Origin: Histomonas meleagridis 2922-C6/04-290x
Taxonomy: Eukaryota > Protista > Parabasalia
NCBI GenBank assembly: GCA_020184695.1
Contig: JAANOX010000087.1
Location: 310,001 to 374,000, forward strand
Direction of reading: 5' to 3'
Length of the DNA stretch: 64,000 nt
The position numbers and the translations under genes were made by a program. Positions 32,088-44,487 of this stretch are shown in pieces. A model generated the notes under the pieces. The model had not been told where the DNA came from. It saw only the letters and a program-made list of their open reading frames with translations, and ran no database searches. How positions within the stretch are numbered: the stretch's first letter is position 1; every line of letters starts with the position of its first letter.

Positions 32088-32144
32088 AATTTTGATTTTT
32101 AACGTTCGTTTAAAAAACGTTTTCTTCATTAAGTTGGAGCTTAG

Positions 32145-32858
32145 ATGGGGTGCTCTTTGTGTATTCCTTATCAAGGCCCAATTTGGCATTCATATTATGG
32201 TCCAATACAACGTCCTGAAGCTATAAATGCTATAAATGCAGCTATTAATGAACAATTTCGACAAGAAGTTGGTGAAGTTCCAACTATTCCAATTCGAAAA
32301 GTAGCAACTTCACATATTTCAGTACCCGCAGCATTAAGCCCTGATCCAGTATCCTTTAATGATGATTCTACAATTACAGTTTCATTTTCTTCATCATGTG
32401 AAGGAATAATAACTCTTCAAACCGAGAACTCTTCTGAAAGCCATCACTATGATGCTAGCACTGATCACACACAAATATTTGATAAACCAAATGAAGATAA
32501 TTTTACAATCAAATTTGATTTTGATTCTTGGCATGGGGTAACTTGTCGAATTTATACACTACAATCAACACCACATTCAACCCCGTCTGTGAAGAACGAC
32601 AAAATTGTCATTAATGGGGTTATTTCCACAATTTCCAAAGTATACAAACAAGAAGGCATAGATGGCGATGATGCTTCTTCTGAAGGTCTTTGTATCATTT
32701 GTTGTTCTCAGAGAGCTACAGTGATTGCATTTCCATGTCGTCACTGTTGCATGTGCAAAGAATGCAGTGTGCGATTTTCAACTCTTTCATCTCATTGTCC
32801 AGTTTGCCGTGCGAACGTGACCGAATTGATAGAATTCTCTGATGAAGAACAGGTCTGA
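32145..32858 (+). CDS. C3HC4 RING E3 ligase (MGRN1/LUL-like)
   Basis: CIICC...PCRHCCMCKEC...CPVCR RING; N-terminal MGCSLC suggests myristoylation/palmitoylation. Confidence 0.88.
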   Translation: MGCSLCIPYQGPIWHSYYGPIQRPEAINAINAAINEQFRQEVGEVPTIPIRKVATSHISVPAALSPDPVSFNDDSTITVSFSSSCEGIITLQTENSSESHHYDASTDHTQIFDKPNEDNFTIKFDFDSWHGVTCRIYTLQSTPHSTPSVKNDKIVINGVISTISKVYKQEGIDGDDASSEGLCIICCSQRATVIAFPCRHCCMCKECSVRFSTLSSHCPVCRANVTELIEFSDEEQV

Positions 32859-33260
32859 ATATCTATTTTATGTAAATTTTTCATTATTTCATGATTTAAA
32901 AATAAAAATTTCGTTGTAAACTTTAAAATGTATTATAACTACTTCGAAGCAAAGTTAACATCACGACATAAGATAAAAATGAAATAACAAATGCAACATC
33001 GAGGAAATACAAAGGATTTACTCTTGTTTCAACTGTTAGACGTCTTGTTCAGCAAAACGCATAAATTTATGTGTAATTTGATAAATTCATTTTGCGGAAA
33101 TTATCCTTAAATGTTTAAAATCTGGTTTTTAGTTTTTATAAATTAAAATGAAAATTTCGTGCTCATAGAAACATCTTTAAAGATCATTTTATATGAAAAT
33201 CATTTATATGAAAAATATACAAATTTCATTCGCATTAAAATAAAAATATATTAAAACATA

Positions 33261-36200
33261 TCAAATAATTTTACTAAGTTCTGATATCTCATCGCTATTA
33301 TCACTTTCTGCAGCAGCGATAACAAAATATTTCCTGACGTCAACATCATCGCACAAGAAGTATTCCATTGCCATTTTCCTCGACAGCATTTTTATTTCTG
33401 CCTTTTTTATCACTGATTTCGCGTATTCTTTTTGTTTCGCATTGAACTCATCGAAAATAAGTTTTAACGCGACAAACAAAACGACGAAATTATCAGTTTC
33501 GGAGACCAATTTCGAGAACACGAAAGAAATCGGCTCATTATTCAATCGAACGACATTGAACAAAAACTTTGTTCCTTCGATCGAAGGGAACTTTAAATAG
33601 TAATCAATGAAACATTTCATTGTATTAATTTGCAATGTTTTTAATCTTTCTGTATTTTTTATTTGACTTTGTAATGAGTAAAATGTGTTAACTATAGTAT
33701 TTATGATCAACGAATTACAAAAATTAAGTTTAAAAATGTTATCAAATAAATTTATATCAAAAATCGAAAGTTTTGGAATCATTGGAAAACTAATTTGATA
33801 TATTGGAATTTTATTATTATTAAACAAATTGTTTATTATATCGAAAAATATTTGAAGTTGTACATTATCAAACATTTGATTATTCGTTAAAATAGTTAAA
33901 TATATATAAACAATCGAAGGCCCGATTTGAAAGTCATTTTTATATATCGAAAAATTATTTGGAACTTCATTTATTAAAATACTTTTTATGTATGAAAACA
34001 TTTCGACATTTAAGAAACATTTTATAGATTTAAATGCGATATTATTTAACGAAGGCAAATTAATATTAAAAATTTGTTTAATATTTTTTATTATTAATGA
34101 AGAATATGTAGTTTGTTTTGCACGTGTTATATATAAATTAGTAAAATGGTTCAAAAAATATTTAAACAAAAATGTTTTACTATTTATAATGTTAAAGAAA
34201 TTATTATAAACATTTAAATTATTCGAATATAAAATTAAAAATTGTAATAATAATGAAATCTCTAAATAAATTATTGATGAAATATCTTTAATAAAAATCG
34301 GAAAGAATTCATCCAAAATTAATATTAATTGATTTAATGATTGTTTTTGTTTACGAATATGTAAATTAACTAACGACGAATATATAAATCTTAAAAAAAT
34401 CGCTTTTTTCTTTTGCGATGTTAATTGGTTATATAAACCAATGTAATGTTTTATTATACCCAAAAGTTCATTCGTTGGAAACAACACAAAATTCATTATC
34501 TTTATAAGTTTCATAAGTCGATTAGCTTTAAAATCCTCAAATTCATATAAATAATGTATGAAATACGTCGGATCGATTTTAGATATTCGTGAAATTGATG
34601 GATCTTTATCAAATATTATTTCTTTTGTTATTGGTTTATTAATATATTCTTCAAGTTTATTTAAAAGATTTTTAGGAATATTATCAATCGATTTATATTT
34701 AGATAATGAAATTAATGTATAATCAATGATTTCAGGTGTGAAAAACATTGAATTATCAGTTATATTATATGAAATAGAAAACTTTTGCGCATATTTTAAT
34801 AACGATTTTAATAATTTTATTGATTTAATTTCTAATGAATATGTTAAATATTTATTAAATAATTCATCTGATATTTTATTATTAGAATAATCGAAATAAT
34901 TTGTTAAAAGAATATTTTCTTTAACAAATTCTCCAGAATCAACAAATGTTCTAATTGTTGAAACTTTTGTTATATCTTTTATTTCATTAAATATATATTT
35001 TTTAGTATTATCATTAATTTGATATATATTTGTTATGTTAATTTTATAAAATAATGAAATATGTTCTGAAATAAATTGATTTAATTCAGAAACATCAAAA
35101 AATTGTTTATTCTTGATAATAAATTTCCAATGTTTCAAGTCAATCTTATCCAAATTATTTAATTTTATCTTAAAATCAATTTTCTCGAGGAATTCGACCA
35201 ATGATTTTTTCATTAACTTATCATCTAATGGCCAATTATTAATATGAATATTTTGAACATAATTTTTTACTTTTTCAAAATATTCTCCTTTATATATTAA
35301 TGCATAATCCAAAAAAGCAATATATTGATTTTCAGTCACAATTTTTAATTCATTTTTCCCAATAATTTTCGATAATTTAAATAACAATGTAATTGATTCT
35401 TTCTCGGGTAATCTTTGTATTAAGTTTGGTATATTATTTATAGCTAATAAATGATCCTTTTGATCAGTATATACAAATGAATAAAATAATAAATCCGGAT
35501 CTTGAGTATTTTTAGTTGTTATAAATTGTAATAATGCATCTTCGATTTTTTTCGGCAATTTTATATTCGTAGGTATTAAATATTGACAACAAACAGCAGA
35601 TACATCATCTTTAGATGTCGATTTAAATGTATCTAATGCTAAATTAAACATTTGTTGACTATATTGCTTAAATTGATTTGCTAATTTCTGCATTTCAATT
35701 AGCGCTATTTTATCAAAAATCGGGACCAAATTAAATGACAACTTAAAAAATGTTTCAATGTCTTTTATTAAGTTTAATGGTAAATTACATAAAAATAAAT
35801 AACAATTTTTTACATGTTCCATTACTATTTGATGATTAATAGTAGGATTAGTAACAATGTCAGTATCAATACCATCAAGGAAATATCCATTTAATGGTTC
35901 AATATCATAATTAAAATCATTCTGATACTGCGTAAAGCTTTGAATATGTTTTATTAAGAATTTAAAAGTGAAAATTCGAATTTCTTCACTAATATATGTA
36001 ACTTTAATTTTACTTAAAAATGAATAAATGTTCGAAATCGTTGAAACATTTTCATAATATAATAAACATTCATAAGCAATAGGAATAAACATCTCAAACA
36101 AATTCGAATGAAATAATTCCGAAAGTTCAGATAACAAATAAAAACGTCGTGAAACTTCATTCTCATTAAGCCAATCACTTGAATAAATCCGTAAAATGAT

Positions 36201-37577
36201 TTTTTCCAAGTTAAAATAAGAAGCGAATTTCTTTATGGATGAAATCGCTGTACTAAATAATCGATCTTGAGCAGATAAAGTAAATTCTAATAGTAAATTA
36301 AGTACTATATTTGAATATTCGGGAAAAACTTTTATACAATTTTCGACCGAAATATTATCAATGAATTTACAAACAGCTTCATTATGTACCCAATTTATGT
36401 TTTCTTTTTCTAATATTAATTTCATGAGCTTTATGTGATAATCTTCTTTACATAATATTAACATTTTATCAATGCACATCCCAAAACATTCAATTAATTT
36501 ACAATATAAATCATTTTCACTGTCTTTATATTCATAAAATAATTTAGCAACTTCATCCGCATCATTATTATTATCATAAAAATAGTTTTGGATTGCGACA
36601 AGTTTAGGTGATAAATAAATAGTTTCGGTATATTGTTGAAGTTTGTCAAGTGTCATTGGTAAATATAATAAGCGTGATTGATATATAGGTGGATAATTAT
36701 CTTCTAGTTCATTATATATTTTCTCTTTTAAGCTAGGTTCATAATGTAAAAAGATAGAACACGTTTTACAAGCATTTTCAAATTGACATAAATTTAACGG
36801 TTTCCTTCTGAATTCTTGTAGGGAGACCGTTAAGAATATATTTCTTCCTTTTTCACCAATAAGTTCATAAACTTCTTTATCTTCAAGAAGTACTGGTCCT
36901 AACCAAACAGCAGCTTCATATAATTGGTTTTTGTCAATAAAATCAATTAATATGTCAATTTGTTCTTGCTTGTTCATTGATACTAAAAGTGAAACTGATG
37001 AAGTAAATGCAAAGTTTGGTTTTTTCCCACATCCACAAATGATAGAACGAAGGATGTTTTGCTTAAGAGCAATTGGTAAATTAACCATTAATGGAATAAC
37101 TTGAGGAATGAATTGAATAAATTCTGAGAGATCAACACCAAAATGAGAGTTCACAGGAATGTTGCAAACAAACTCGTTCATTCGAATTGGAGAAATAAAT
37201 CGTGTTAAGTATAAAAATGTATTAATTATCGCTATTGATACTTTTGGTGAATTTTCAGCACTGCTTACAGCTTCTGCGAAAGCAGCTATGAAAATTAATG
37301 GACAGAAAGGTGCTACTGTTACTAATAGTCCTCCAAGAGTATTATATGCATTCACACGAATTGTCGCATCTGAATTTGTTGTAAATTTGAATATTAATTT
37401 CAAAACTAAAATTAAACACTTCCTGGTTTCTTCACGAAATTGAGCTATCCATGAAAAAGATAATTTCTTTCTAAACCTTGATAAATATGTGATTATTTGA
37501 CTGTTTTTTACGTTGGAATTCCCATTTGCAGCATTATAAAGGAACATAAAATTTTCATCTTCTTCAAGAACTCCCAT
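33261..37577 (-). CDS. Large ARM/HEAT-like hypothetical protein, 1438 aa
   Basis: Uninterrupted ORF; N-terminal DATIRVNAYNTLGGLL resembles a HEAT repeat. Confidence 0.8.
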   Translation of the reverse strand: MGVLEEDENFMFLYNAANGNSNVKNSQIITYLSRFRKKLSFSWIAQFREETRKCLILVLKLIFKFTTNSDATIRVNAYNTLGGLLVTVAPFCPLIFIAAFAEAVSSAENSPKVSIAIINTFLYLTRFISPIRMNEFVCNIPVNSHFGVDLSEFIQFIPQVIPLMVNLPIALKQNILRSIICGCGKKPNFAFTSSVSLLVSMNKQEQIDILIDFIDKNQLYEAAVWLGPVLLEDKEVYELIGEKGRNIFLTVSLQEFRRKPLNLCQFENACKTCSIFLHYEPSLKEKIYNELEDNYPPIYQSRLLYLPMTLDKLQQYTETIYLSPKLVAIQNYFYDNNNDADEVAKLFYEYKDSENDLYCKLIECFGMCIDKMLILCKEDYHIKLMKLILEKENINWVHNEAVCKFIDNISVENCIKVFPEYSNIVLNLLLEFTLSAQDRLFSTAISSIKKFASYFNLEKIILRIYSSDWLNENEVSRRFYLLSELSELFHSNLFEMFIPIAYECLLYYENVSTISNIYSFLSKIKVTYISEEIRIFTFKFLIKHIQSFTQYQNDFNYDIEPLNGYFLDGIDTDIVTNPTINHQIVMEHVKNCYLFLCNLPLNLIKDIETFFKLSFNLVPIFDKIALIEMQKLANQFKQYSQQMFNLALDTFKSTSKDDVSAVCCQYLIPTNIKLPKKIEDALLQFITTKNTQDPDLLFYSFVYTDQKDHLLAINNIPNLIQRLPEKESITLLFKLSKIIGKNELKIVTENQYIAFLDYALIYKGEYFEKVKNYVQNIHINNWPLDDKLMKKSLVEFLEKIDFKIKLNNLDKIDLKHWKFIIKNKQFFDVSELNQFISEHISLFYKINITNIYQINDNTKKYIFNEIKDITKVSTIRTFVDSGEFVKENILLTNYFDYSNNKISDELFNKYLTYSLEIKSIKLLKSLLKYAQKFSISYNITDNSMFFTPEIIDYTLISLSKYKSIDNIPKNLLNKLEEYINKPITKEIIFDKDPSISRISKIDPTYFIHYLYEFEDFKANRLMKLIKIMNFVLFPTNELLGIIKHYIGLYNQLTSQKKKAIFLRFIYSSLVNLHIRKQKQSLNQLILILDEFFPIFIKDISSIIYLEISLLLQFLILYSNNLNVYNNFFNIINSKTFLFKYFLNHFTNLYITRAKQTTYSSLIIKNIKQIFNINLPSLNNIAFKSIKCFLNVEMFSYIKSILINEVPNNFSIYKNDFQIGPSIVYIYLTILTNNQMFDNVQLQIFFDIINNLFNNNKIPIYQISFPMIPKLSIFDINLFDNIFKLNFCNSLIINTIVNTFYSLQSQIKNTERLKTLQINTMKCFIDYYLKFPSIEGTKFLFNVVRLNNEPISFVFSKLVSETDNFVVLFVALKLIFDEFNAKQKEYAKSVIKKAEIKMLSRKMAMEYFLCDDVDVRKYFVIAAAESDNSDEISELSKII

Positions 37578-37659
37578 TTAAGAATTCTTAGTCAATGGTT
37601 TTATGTTTATTAACGTATCCTTTTGACTTCACTTTTTAATTTTTTTCTGAAAGAGCTTA

Positions 37660-37915
37660 TTCAGAATATTTTCGAAGGTGATCCACCAAATCTTAAATAT
37701 CTTTTCCTTGGTGATTATGTTGATCGAGGATATTATTCAATTGAAACATTTGCACTTCTTCTTGCTTACAAGGTAAAATATTTTACCCAACCGCTTTTAC
37801 ATGCTTCGAGGAAACCATGAGTGTCGTTAGGTCAATACCTTATATAGTTTTTATGAAGAAATCGTATTACGTTTTGGTCATGCTGGTCCTTGGAATGCTT
37901 GACTTATTACCTATG
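37660..37915 (+). pseudogene. Fragment of a PPP-family Ser/Thr phosphatase (PP2A/PP4/PP6-like)
   Basis: [18 protein letters not shown], then a frameshift, LRGNHECR* and a stop; N-terminal GDIHG not found. Confidence 0.85.
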
Positions 37916-38149
37916 TCTGCACAATTCAATATACAATACACTATCAATTCCAGCTTTATTGTGTTCATGAGGAATTATTCGTGTTAAAATAATAAATCAA
38001 GTTGCACTTTTCGATGAAATGTTAAGTTGTAAAACTTTTGCTTGGATGAAGGGCCTTCTTAAGAACAAAAATACCGATTTTATTCAAAAGATTTAAAAAA
38101 AATGTTTAAATTAAATAGTCTAATCTGTTTTTTCCACCTTTGCGCCATT

Positions 38150-38739
38150 TATTTTAACCAAAAAATGCAGCAGCATCAATTAATGTTATAGCATTATTTT
38201 GATTAATAAATGAATATAACATGTCATAAAGTGATATTGGAATGTTTGATTAAAATTATAATTTGTTTGTGATGATATTTCTTGATGTTTTTTGATTTTT
38301 AGAAATACAATCATCAGTCAAATTTTGTTCAATCATTTCCTCAATTAATTATTAATTTATTGATGTAACATTACTAAAATTTTTATAATATTTAAACATT
38401 TTTTTTTTTTTTTTGAATTTCTTCTCTTTTACTTGAATTGTTTCTATATAATTTATATATAAATTAATTTCACTTTTAGCATAAAATGTAGAATAAACCA
38501 AATTACTAAATTTGATTATATGAATATGGGAAGTTTAAAATAATTAATTTCATTGTTTGTTCAATTGTTAATTCAAAGTTATCTTGAGTCAAATAGTGTT
38601 TCCGTGAGAGCAAGTTTGGATTAATATCATTATTTTCGCTATTTTCATAATGAAATAGACATCGAATTTTTGATGGTTTTAAAATTTTTTTTCTGAACTT
38701 ACCTTCTAGGTTTATATTGTTTATTTGTATCGTACTCAT
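38150..38739 (-). pseudogene. DUF3447-type gene remnant
   Basis: HQEISSQTNYNFNQT / SLYDMLYSFINQNNAITLIDAAAFFG* pieces at about 38150-38300, in shifting frames. Confidence 0.6.
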
Positions 38740-38852
38740 CAGAAAACAAGATCACTTTTTGATAAAAAGTGGTGGCGAGCAAGAAATGACAAAGCTTGTC
38801 AAAAAGTGGATAAATATGTAAAGTATTCAAAACACAATACTACATTTCAGCT

Positions 38853-39119
38853 ATGGTACAACTTTTAACAGCATATCGCAATTACTTCCGTGAACATACA
38901 AAGGGGGTTCTTGTTGTGCTTTTAGTAACAGCCATCATGTGGGTTCTTCTTTTGATGGGCTTTCTTCCAACATATGATGAAAATGAACTTCAACGAAAGG
39001 CTGCTTATTTCTTCCCTGTGTGGATCATACTAGCAATAACAGCTCTCGCAATTGTCGAAGAAAACATCAGATCACCAGCAACAGAATCACCAAAGCAAAC
39101 AGAAACACCAGCACAGTAA
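38853..39119 (+). CDS. Small two-TM membrane protein (possibly DPM3-like)
   Basis: 88 aa with two hydrophobic helices; FFPVWII recalls DPM3, but only weakly. Confidence 0.55.
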   Translation: MVQLLTAYRNYFREHTKGVLVVLLVTAIMWVLLLMGFLPTYDENELQRKAAYFFPVWIILAITALAIVEENIRSPATESPKQTETPAQ

Positions 39120-39224
39120 AAATTCTTAGGTTTTATTTATTTTATACAAACAAATGTTCTTTAATTTCTATGATATTTATTTCAAAACTTAATAATCTGA
39201 TTTGAGTGGTACTCATTCGGAAGA

Positions 39225-39821
39225 TTATTTATTTCGTTCAACCAATGAATTGTACATTTCATCCAAATCTTTTTGATTTTTCTTTAATTCTTTTAATCGG
39301 GCCTCCATTTCAACGATTTGTGAATCATTATTTGAATGTAATTTTAATTGAACAATTTCTTTTTTAAAACTTGAAATACCTTTTTGAAAGGCCTTCTCTT
39401 TGGTATTAGTTTTTTTTTCAAGTTCACTAATTTGCAATGAAATGGAATCAGAAAAATTTTTTATTTTTAATTGTGTTTGTTTCTCTTGATTGCTTTCTTG
39501 CAAGGACTTTGAAATAGTTTCTTTGATTAATAATGGAATATTATCAAGAAATTGCTCAATTACAGTTAATCTTTGATCAATATTAGTGAGAACATTCATA
39601 ATTTTGGAATTATTCTGATTTCGTTCTTTCTCTCGAACTTCTGTGGTATTTAGTGAAAGCTTATAAATACTTTCGCACATGTTTAATCTATTTTCAAGAT
39701 TTTGAATGATCTGATTTAATTTTGATATTTTCATTGTATCTGAATAGATGCTGCTATTACACTGAAAGGAATTTGTATTCAGTGAATGAATTATTGATAA
39801 TTGTTCGTCATCTGAGCTCAT
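39225..39821 (-). CDS. Hypothetical coiled-coil protein, 198 aa
   Basis: ATG-initiated ORF with heptad character. Confidence 0.65.
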   Translation of the reverse strand: MSSDDEQLSIIHSLNTNSFQCNSSIYSDTMKISKLNQIIQNLENRLNMCESIYKLSLNTTEVREKERNQNNSKIMNVLTNIDQRLTVIEQFLDNIPLLIKETISKSLQESNQEKQTQLKIKNFSDSISLQISELEKKTNTKEKAFQKGISSFKKEIVQLKLHSNNDSQIVEMEARLKELKKNQKDLDEMYNSLVERNK

Positions 39822-40075
39822 TTTAAATAAACGTACGTTAAAGGTTTTGAAAGAAAATAATTATTTCAAGACAAGTCTTGTTAATGAGATGTTTTAATTC
39901 CTTTTATTGTTCTAACCCATATCTTCTTTGGTTCAATATTTTTTTAACTTATCAAATTAAATTTCTCATATTACAAAATCGATGTTAAACCAAACTTTCA
40001 ATGAAGACTCAAATAAATTTAACAAAAATTTATTATATTTTTTAGCATGGTACAAACAGTAAAGATATCTTATCA

Positions 40076-41865
40076 TCCCTTTAATTTAAATCATTTCTAA
40101 ATATTATTTTGAAATATAAAATTATTAAAATAAATTTTAAATAAAACAAATAAATATTTTTAGCATTAATATCAATTCCTTCTTGTTCAAGAAGTAATTT
40201 AACTATTTCTGTATGACCTTTTGAAGATGCTAAAATAAGTGCTGTTTCAAATATTTTAAATAATTTCCAAATATTATTTTGAAATATTAAATTATTAAAA
40301 TAAATTTCAAATAAAACATTTAAATACTTTTAGCATTAATATCAATTCCTTTTTGTTCAAGAAGTAATTTAACGATTTCTGTATGACCATTTAAAGATGC
40401 TAAAATATGTGCTGTATTAAATATTTTAAATAATTTTCAAATATTATTTTGAAATATTAAAATATTAAAATATATTTTAAATGAAACAAACAAATATTTT
40501 TAGCATTAATATCAATTCCTTCTTGTTCAAGAAGTAATTTAACTATTTCTATATAACCTTTTGAAGTTTCAAGAATAAATGCTGTATTAAATATATTTAA
40601 CAATTTCCAAATATTTATTTAAAATATCAAATTATTAAAATAAATTTGAAATAAAACAAATAAATATCTTTAGCATTAATATCAACACCTTTTTGCTTTA
40701 AAGTATATATAAAAAGTTCGTTATTATTTGATTCAGATGAAAAAATTAAAATATTTTTTGGGATTTGATATTTTTTACAGAAATATCTTGTGAGATATAA
40801 ATTACCGTTTCTTGCTGATTCATTAATAATGTCATCATTAACTTCCATTCCTTCTTTAAGTAAAAATGTAAAAATTTCATAATTATGATATAAAACGCAA
40901 AACTTTCCTAATTTAACTAAATTTGTACTATCAGGAAAATTATTTTCATAAAGATAATAAAAGATTTCGTTTTTATGGAATTTAATTGTTGTTTCATATG
41001 CATCATCAAATGTTGAATGGTTTTGTTCACATAAATGAATAATTTCAATATTTCCGCCTGCAACTGCATATTTACCTGCATTCTTTACATTCGCATTATT
41101 CATAAGTAAATATTTAAAACATTTAATAGAAGAAAAAAATGCTGCATAATCAATTAATGAAACATTTTCTTCATTTATAAATGAACATCTTTCATAAAGT
41201 GATGGCTCAATTATTTGATTAAAATCAAAATTATTTTGTGATGATATTTCTTGAAGTTTTTCGATTTCATCATTTCGAATTATTTTCGCAATTTCATTTG
41301 GATTATGTCCTTCTTCAATGAATTTCTTATGAAGTTCCCAACCATTATTTGATAATTCTTCATAATTATAAATGATTTGGTTCATGAATTTAACATAAAA
41401 AAATTTTTTAATGTCTTCTATTGAGTTGTAATGTGCAAAAATTGGTAAAGATTTAAACTTATTTTTTTGAGTAATTTTTGGATTAATAAAATGACTTTCT
41501 ACCATATAATAAAGGAGATAATGTGATGCTTGGGTATCTTTGATACAAAGAAAAATAAGAAACATAACATAAATTGACGTTTTCTTTTCTTTATTTAAAG
41601 AAATATGATATTTACTGATTTGTTTTATTAAATTGAAATAAGTCTTAGGGTCACTCATCTTTACAGAGAAATTTAAATACATCATTTGAATAAGAAGTAA
41701 ATTAAAAGATGAAGTATGAATTTCATCAAATTGGCTAATTATATATTTAACATATTGATTAAAATTTTCATTATTCAAACCAAAGACAACTTGCTCAATC
41801 AGGAGGAGTGCATCCAATTCATTTATATTTGTATTCTTTTCAATTTTCTCTTCTTTTTTTTCCAT
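40076..41865 (-). CDS. DUF3447-type protein with ankyrin repeats interrupted by 4 spacers; 3-prime end truncated
   Basis: Intact 412-aa ORF ending KD-IYLFYFKFILII*, then open 90-nt blocks at 40496-40585, 40326-40415 and 40156-40245. Spacers at 40586-40665, 40416-40495, 40246-40325 and 40076-40155 (last one diverges in its final few nt). Confidence 0.8.
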
Positions 41866-42317
41866 AATTAAATATTAACTTTTTGTCAATATTAACGGTC
41901 TCGGAAGGTTTAAATATTTAAATATTTCTTATAATTCACCTCAAAACAAATGAAAGATACATGTATAAAATGGAAAAAACGTGTCCTACTTAATTACAAA
42001 ACATTGGCCTTATAAACAAAATTTTTACTAAGAATATATTAAATATGATTGGACTCACTTATTCACTAAAGAAACATCCATACTCCCTTTGGCAAGGAGA
42101 GTTACATCATCGAAAGCTAATGGTTTTCCACCAACAACAGGCTTTTTTTGATTTCAACATTTGAAACCAAATCAAATGGTTTTCAAAAAATCTAAACCAA
42201 CGATGCGCACAATCCTTCAAAGAAAGAACCATATCCCCAAACACCAAGAATCGATATTAACCCCAAAATTTACATAATTTTATAAAATCATTGATTAACA
42301 TTTTTTTTATTAACACA

Positions 42318-44255
42318 TCACTTCTCCTTTGCAACGTATTTCTTAGCTGCCTCGTAAGCAGCAGCCATTTTTTTCTTATTTATTTCGAATCCATTTTCAG
42401 CGCCGACTATGTTACCGATGTTATCCAATGCCTTTCTCAACTTATCACTTTGTTCCTTACCGATTAACTTATCTATTTTCAGCCTAAAATATTCCCAACA
42501 AAACACAAACGCGTCCAAATCCTCATCAGCCTCGATATCGTATGCCATTTTCTCGGCGTATATCACAAAGTTATCCACAATCGAAGCCGCGGCTTTCGCT
42601 CTCAATTCCTCATTCAAAGTCAAAATATCAAAAAACCTTTGGATACCATTTGTCATATATCGTATGTAATCGTTTGGCTTTTTGTTGTTGTTCCAATTCT
42701 GTATTGCAGGCGCTTCTTCATTTAGGAACATTATAAATCGCGTGACCATATCAGAAAGGATTTGAAGTTTTTTGTTTGTGAATTTTTGCTCGATTTCATT
42801 TTCATAAGGATTTTCAAGTTTTGTAATTAAGTTAAAGTCATTAAATATTTTTTTGTTAATGTTCGATTCGATATAATTAAGTTGTAATAAAATAGCACAA
42901 AATGATTCGATGTCCAAGTTGATATGTGACTTTATAAACTCATAACATTCATTCGGATATGATAATATTAATCGATGAAGAGAATTAGATGAAACATGAA
43001 AATTGTTCGGAGAATATAATGACTTTAAATCAACAATAAATTGCGTGATCGACTTAGTATAACAAATATATGATGATGAAGTGGAATAATCAGAAAATTC
43101 ATCTTGTTGTAACATTTCTAAGTTAACAACCCATTCTTCATTTTGGACTGATGAGATAATGTCATTATAATATTGATCATACGTATATTCAATCATACGA
43201 ATGAATTTCTCTGGTAAGGAATCATATAAAAATTGGGTGGAAATACCAATGGCTTCAAGTTTGTTCGTGGATTCGCGCATAATCTCAATGGACTCATTCA
43301 AAAACTGGAAATTGTGATAGAAAACCGTCGGATTCGAAATTGGCAAACTTCGTTCGATTCGAGTGATTGCCCAATTAATAAGACGAGGAAGATATTTGGG
43401 CGGAAAGAGTTCTTGAAATAGTTCGGTATATAGCTTGATAAGATTACAAAGTGTGGATGATATAGATTTGACATATTGCAATAAATGGCCAGAATCTTGA
43501 AGAGTTGGTAACTGTTCTTTGATGGATTGAGATGAAAGTTTAAGAAACAAATCAACACTCTCAGGTTCGCATTGAAGTGAAATAAGCTTGCGAAACTCAG
43601 ATTTGGATTCGTTGGAATGTAAATCAATTGACTTAAGTCGTGTTTCAATGTCTTGTTGGAGACGCTTGCGTGTCTTGAAAGCCCATTCTTGAATATCTTT
43701 GACCTGAGAAAGTTGCTCATGATTAAGACAATCAACAACAACTCGAATTGAATCATCAATTCGATGTTGTTGCATGTAACAATCATATATTAATGGAGCG
43801 TTGATGAGCATTGGGTCCTTGCCAATGATTTCGCTTTGTTGTGTAGATGAATTTGTGGAACTTATTTCAGCAAATACTGGATCAGGGAAATTTGCTGCAT
43901 TATGGACAAGTTTTTTGAGTTCAGTGATTTTTTGTGGAAATTCAGTAAATTCACGTTCAAACATTGAAATACATTGTGAAAGATTAACAAATAATGATGA
44001 ATCTTTTTCAAGAATATTAACAATTCGTTCATTAATTATGTTTTGCCCTCTTTCGCAATCTAAAATTCGTCTTTTAAATTCTTCAAGATCAACATTCGGA
44101 TCATTGATAACATCATCTACATTAAAATCAGGAGATGAAAAGTTAAATTTACTAGTCATTAATAAGGGAAGTTCGTTGTTATTACGATGTTCAGTTATTG
44201 GCTTTAGAGGTGATCCTGGAAGTGGGCCTCTTGATCTTGATTTAGTAACTTTCAT
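42318..44255 (-). CDS. Exo84/Vps51-like vesicle tethering subunit
   Basis: FSSPDFNVDD N-terminal motif followed by a coiled coil and helical bundles; likely start ATG 44255 (the track start is a TTG). Confidence 0.6.
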   Translation of the reverse strand: MKVTKSRSRGPLPGSPLKPITEHRNNNELPLLMTSKFNFSSPDFNVDDVINDPNVDLEEFKRRILDCERGQNIINERIVNILEKDSSLFVNLSQCISMFEREFTEFPQKITELKKLVHNAANFPDPVFAEISSTNSSTQQSEIIGKDPMLINAPLIYDCYMQQHRIDDSIRVVVDCLNHEQLSQVKDIQEWAFKTRKRLQQDIETRLKSIDLHSNESKSEFRKLISLQCEPESVDLFLKLSSQSIKEQLPTLQDSGHLLQYVKSISSTLCNLIKLYTELFQELFPPKYLPRLINWAITRIERSLPISNPTVFYHNFQFLNESIEIMRESTNKLEAIGISTQFLYDSLPEKFIRMIEYTYDQYYNDIISSVQNEEWVVNLEMLQQDEFSDYSTSSSYICYTKSITQFIVDLKSLYSPNNFHVSSNSLHRLILSYPNECYEFIKSHINLDIESFCAILLQLNYIESNINKKIFNDFNLITKLENPYENEIEQKFTNKKLQILSDMVTRFIMFLNEEAPAIQNWNNNKKPNDYIRYMTNGIQRFFDILTLNEELRAKAAASIVDNFVIYAEKMAYDIEADEDLDAFVFCWEYFRLKIDKLIGKEQSDKLRKALDNIGNIVGAENGFEINKKKMAAAYEAAKKYVAKEK

Positions 44256-44487
44256 GAAAGTTTCTCTTTGCTTGAATAAACTAAACAAAATCAACGGTTT
44301 TTGAACGATACTATCGTTGATTGGGCAAACAGGAAATTCAAAATTATATATTTTTTGTAAACCCAAAACATTGATTTTTTATAAGGTGCTGCCAAATTTT
44401 GAAACAAAATTTTTAATGTCATTATGTGATATCTCCTCTATTTTAAGGAAAACACAGGAAGGTCAGCTGACCCCTTCAAGATTTTGA

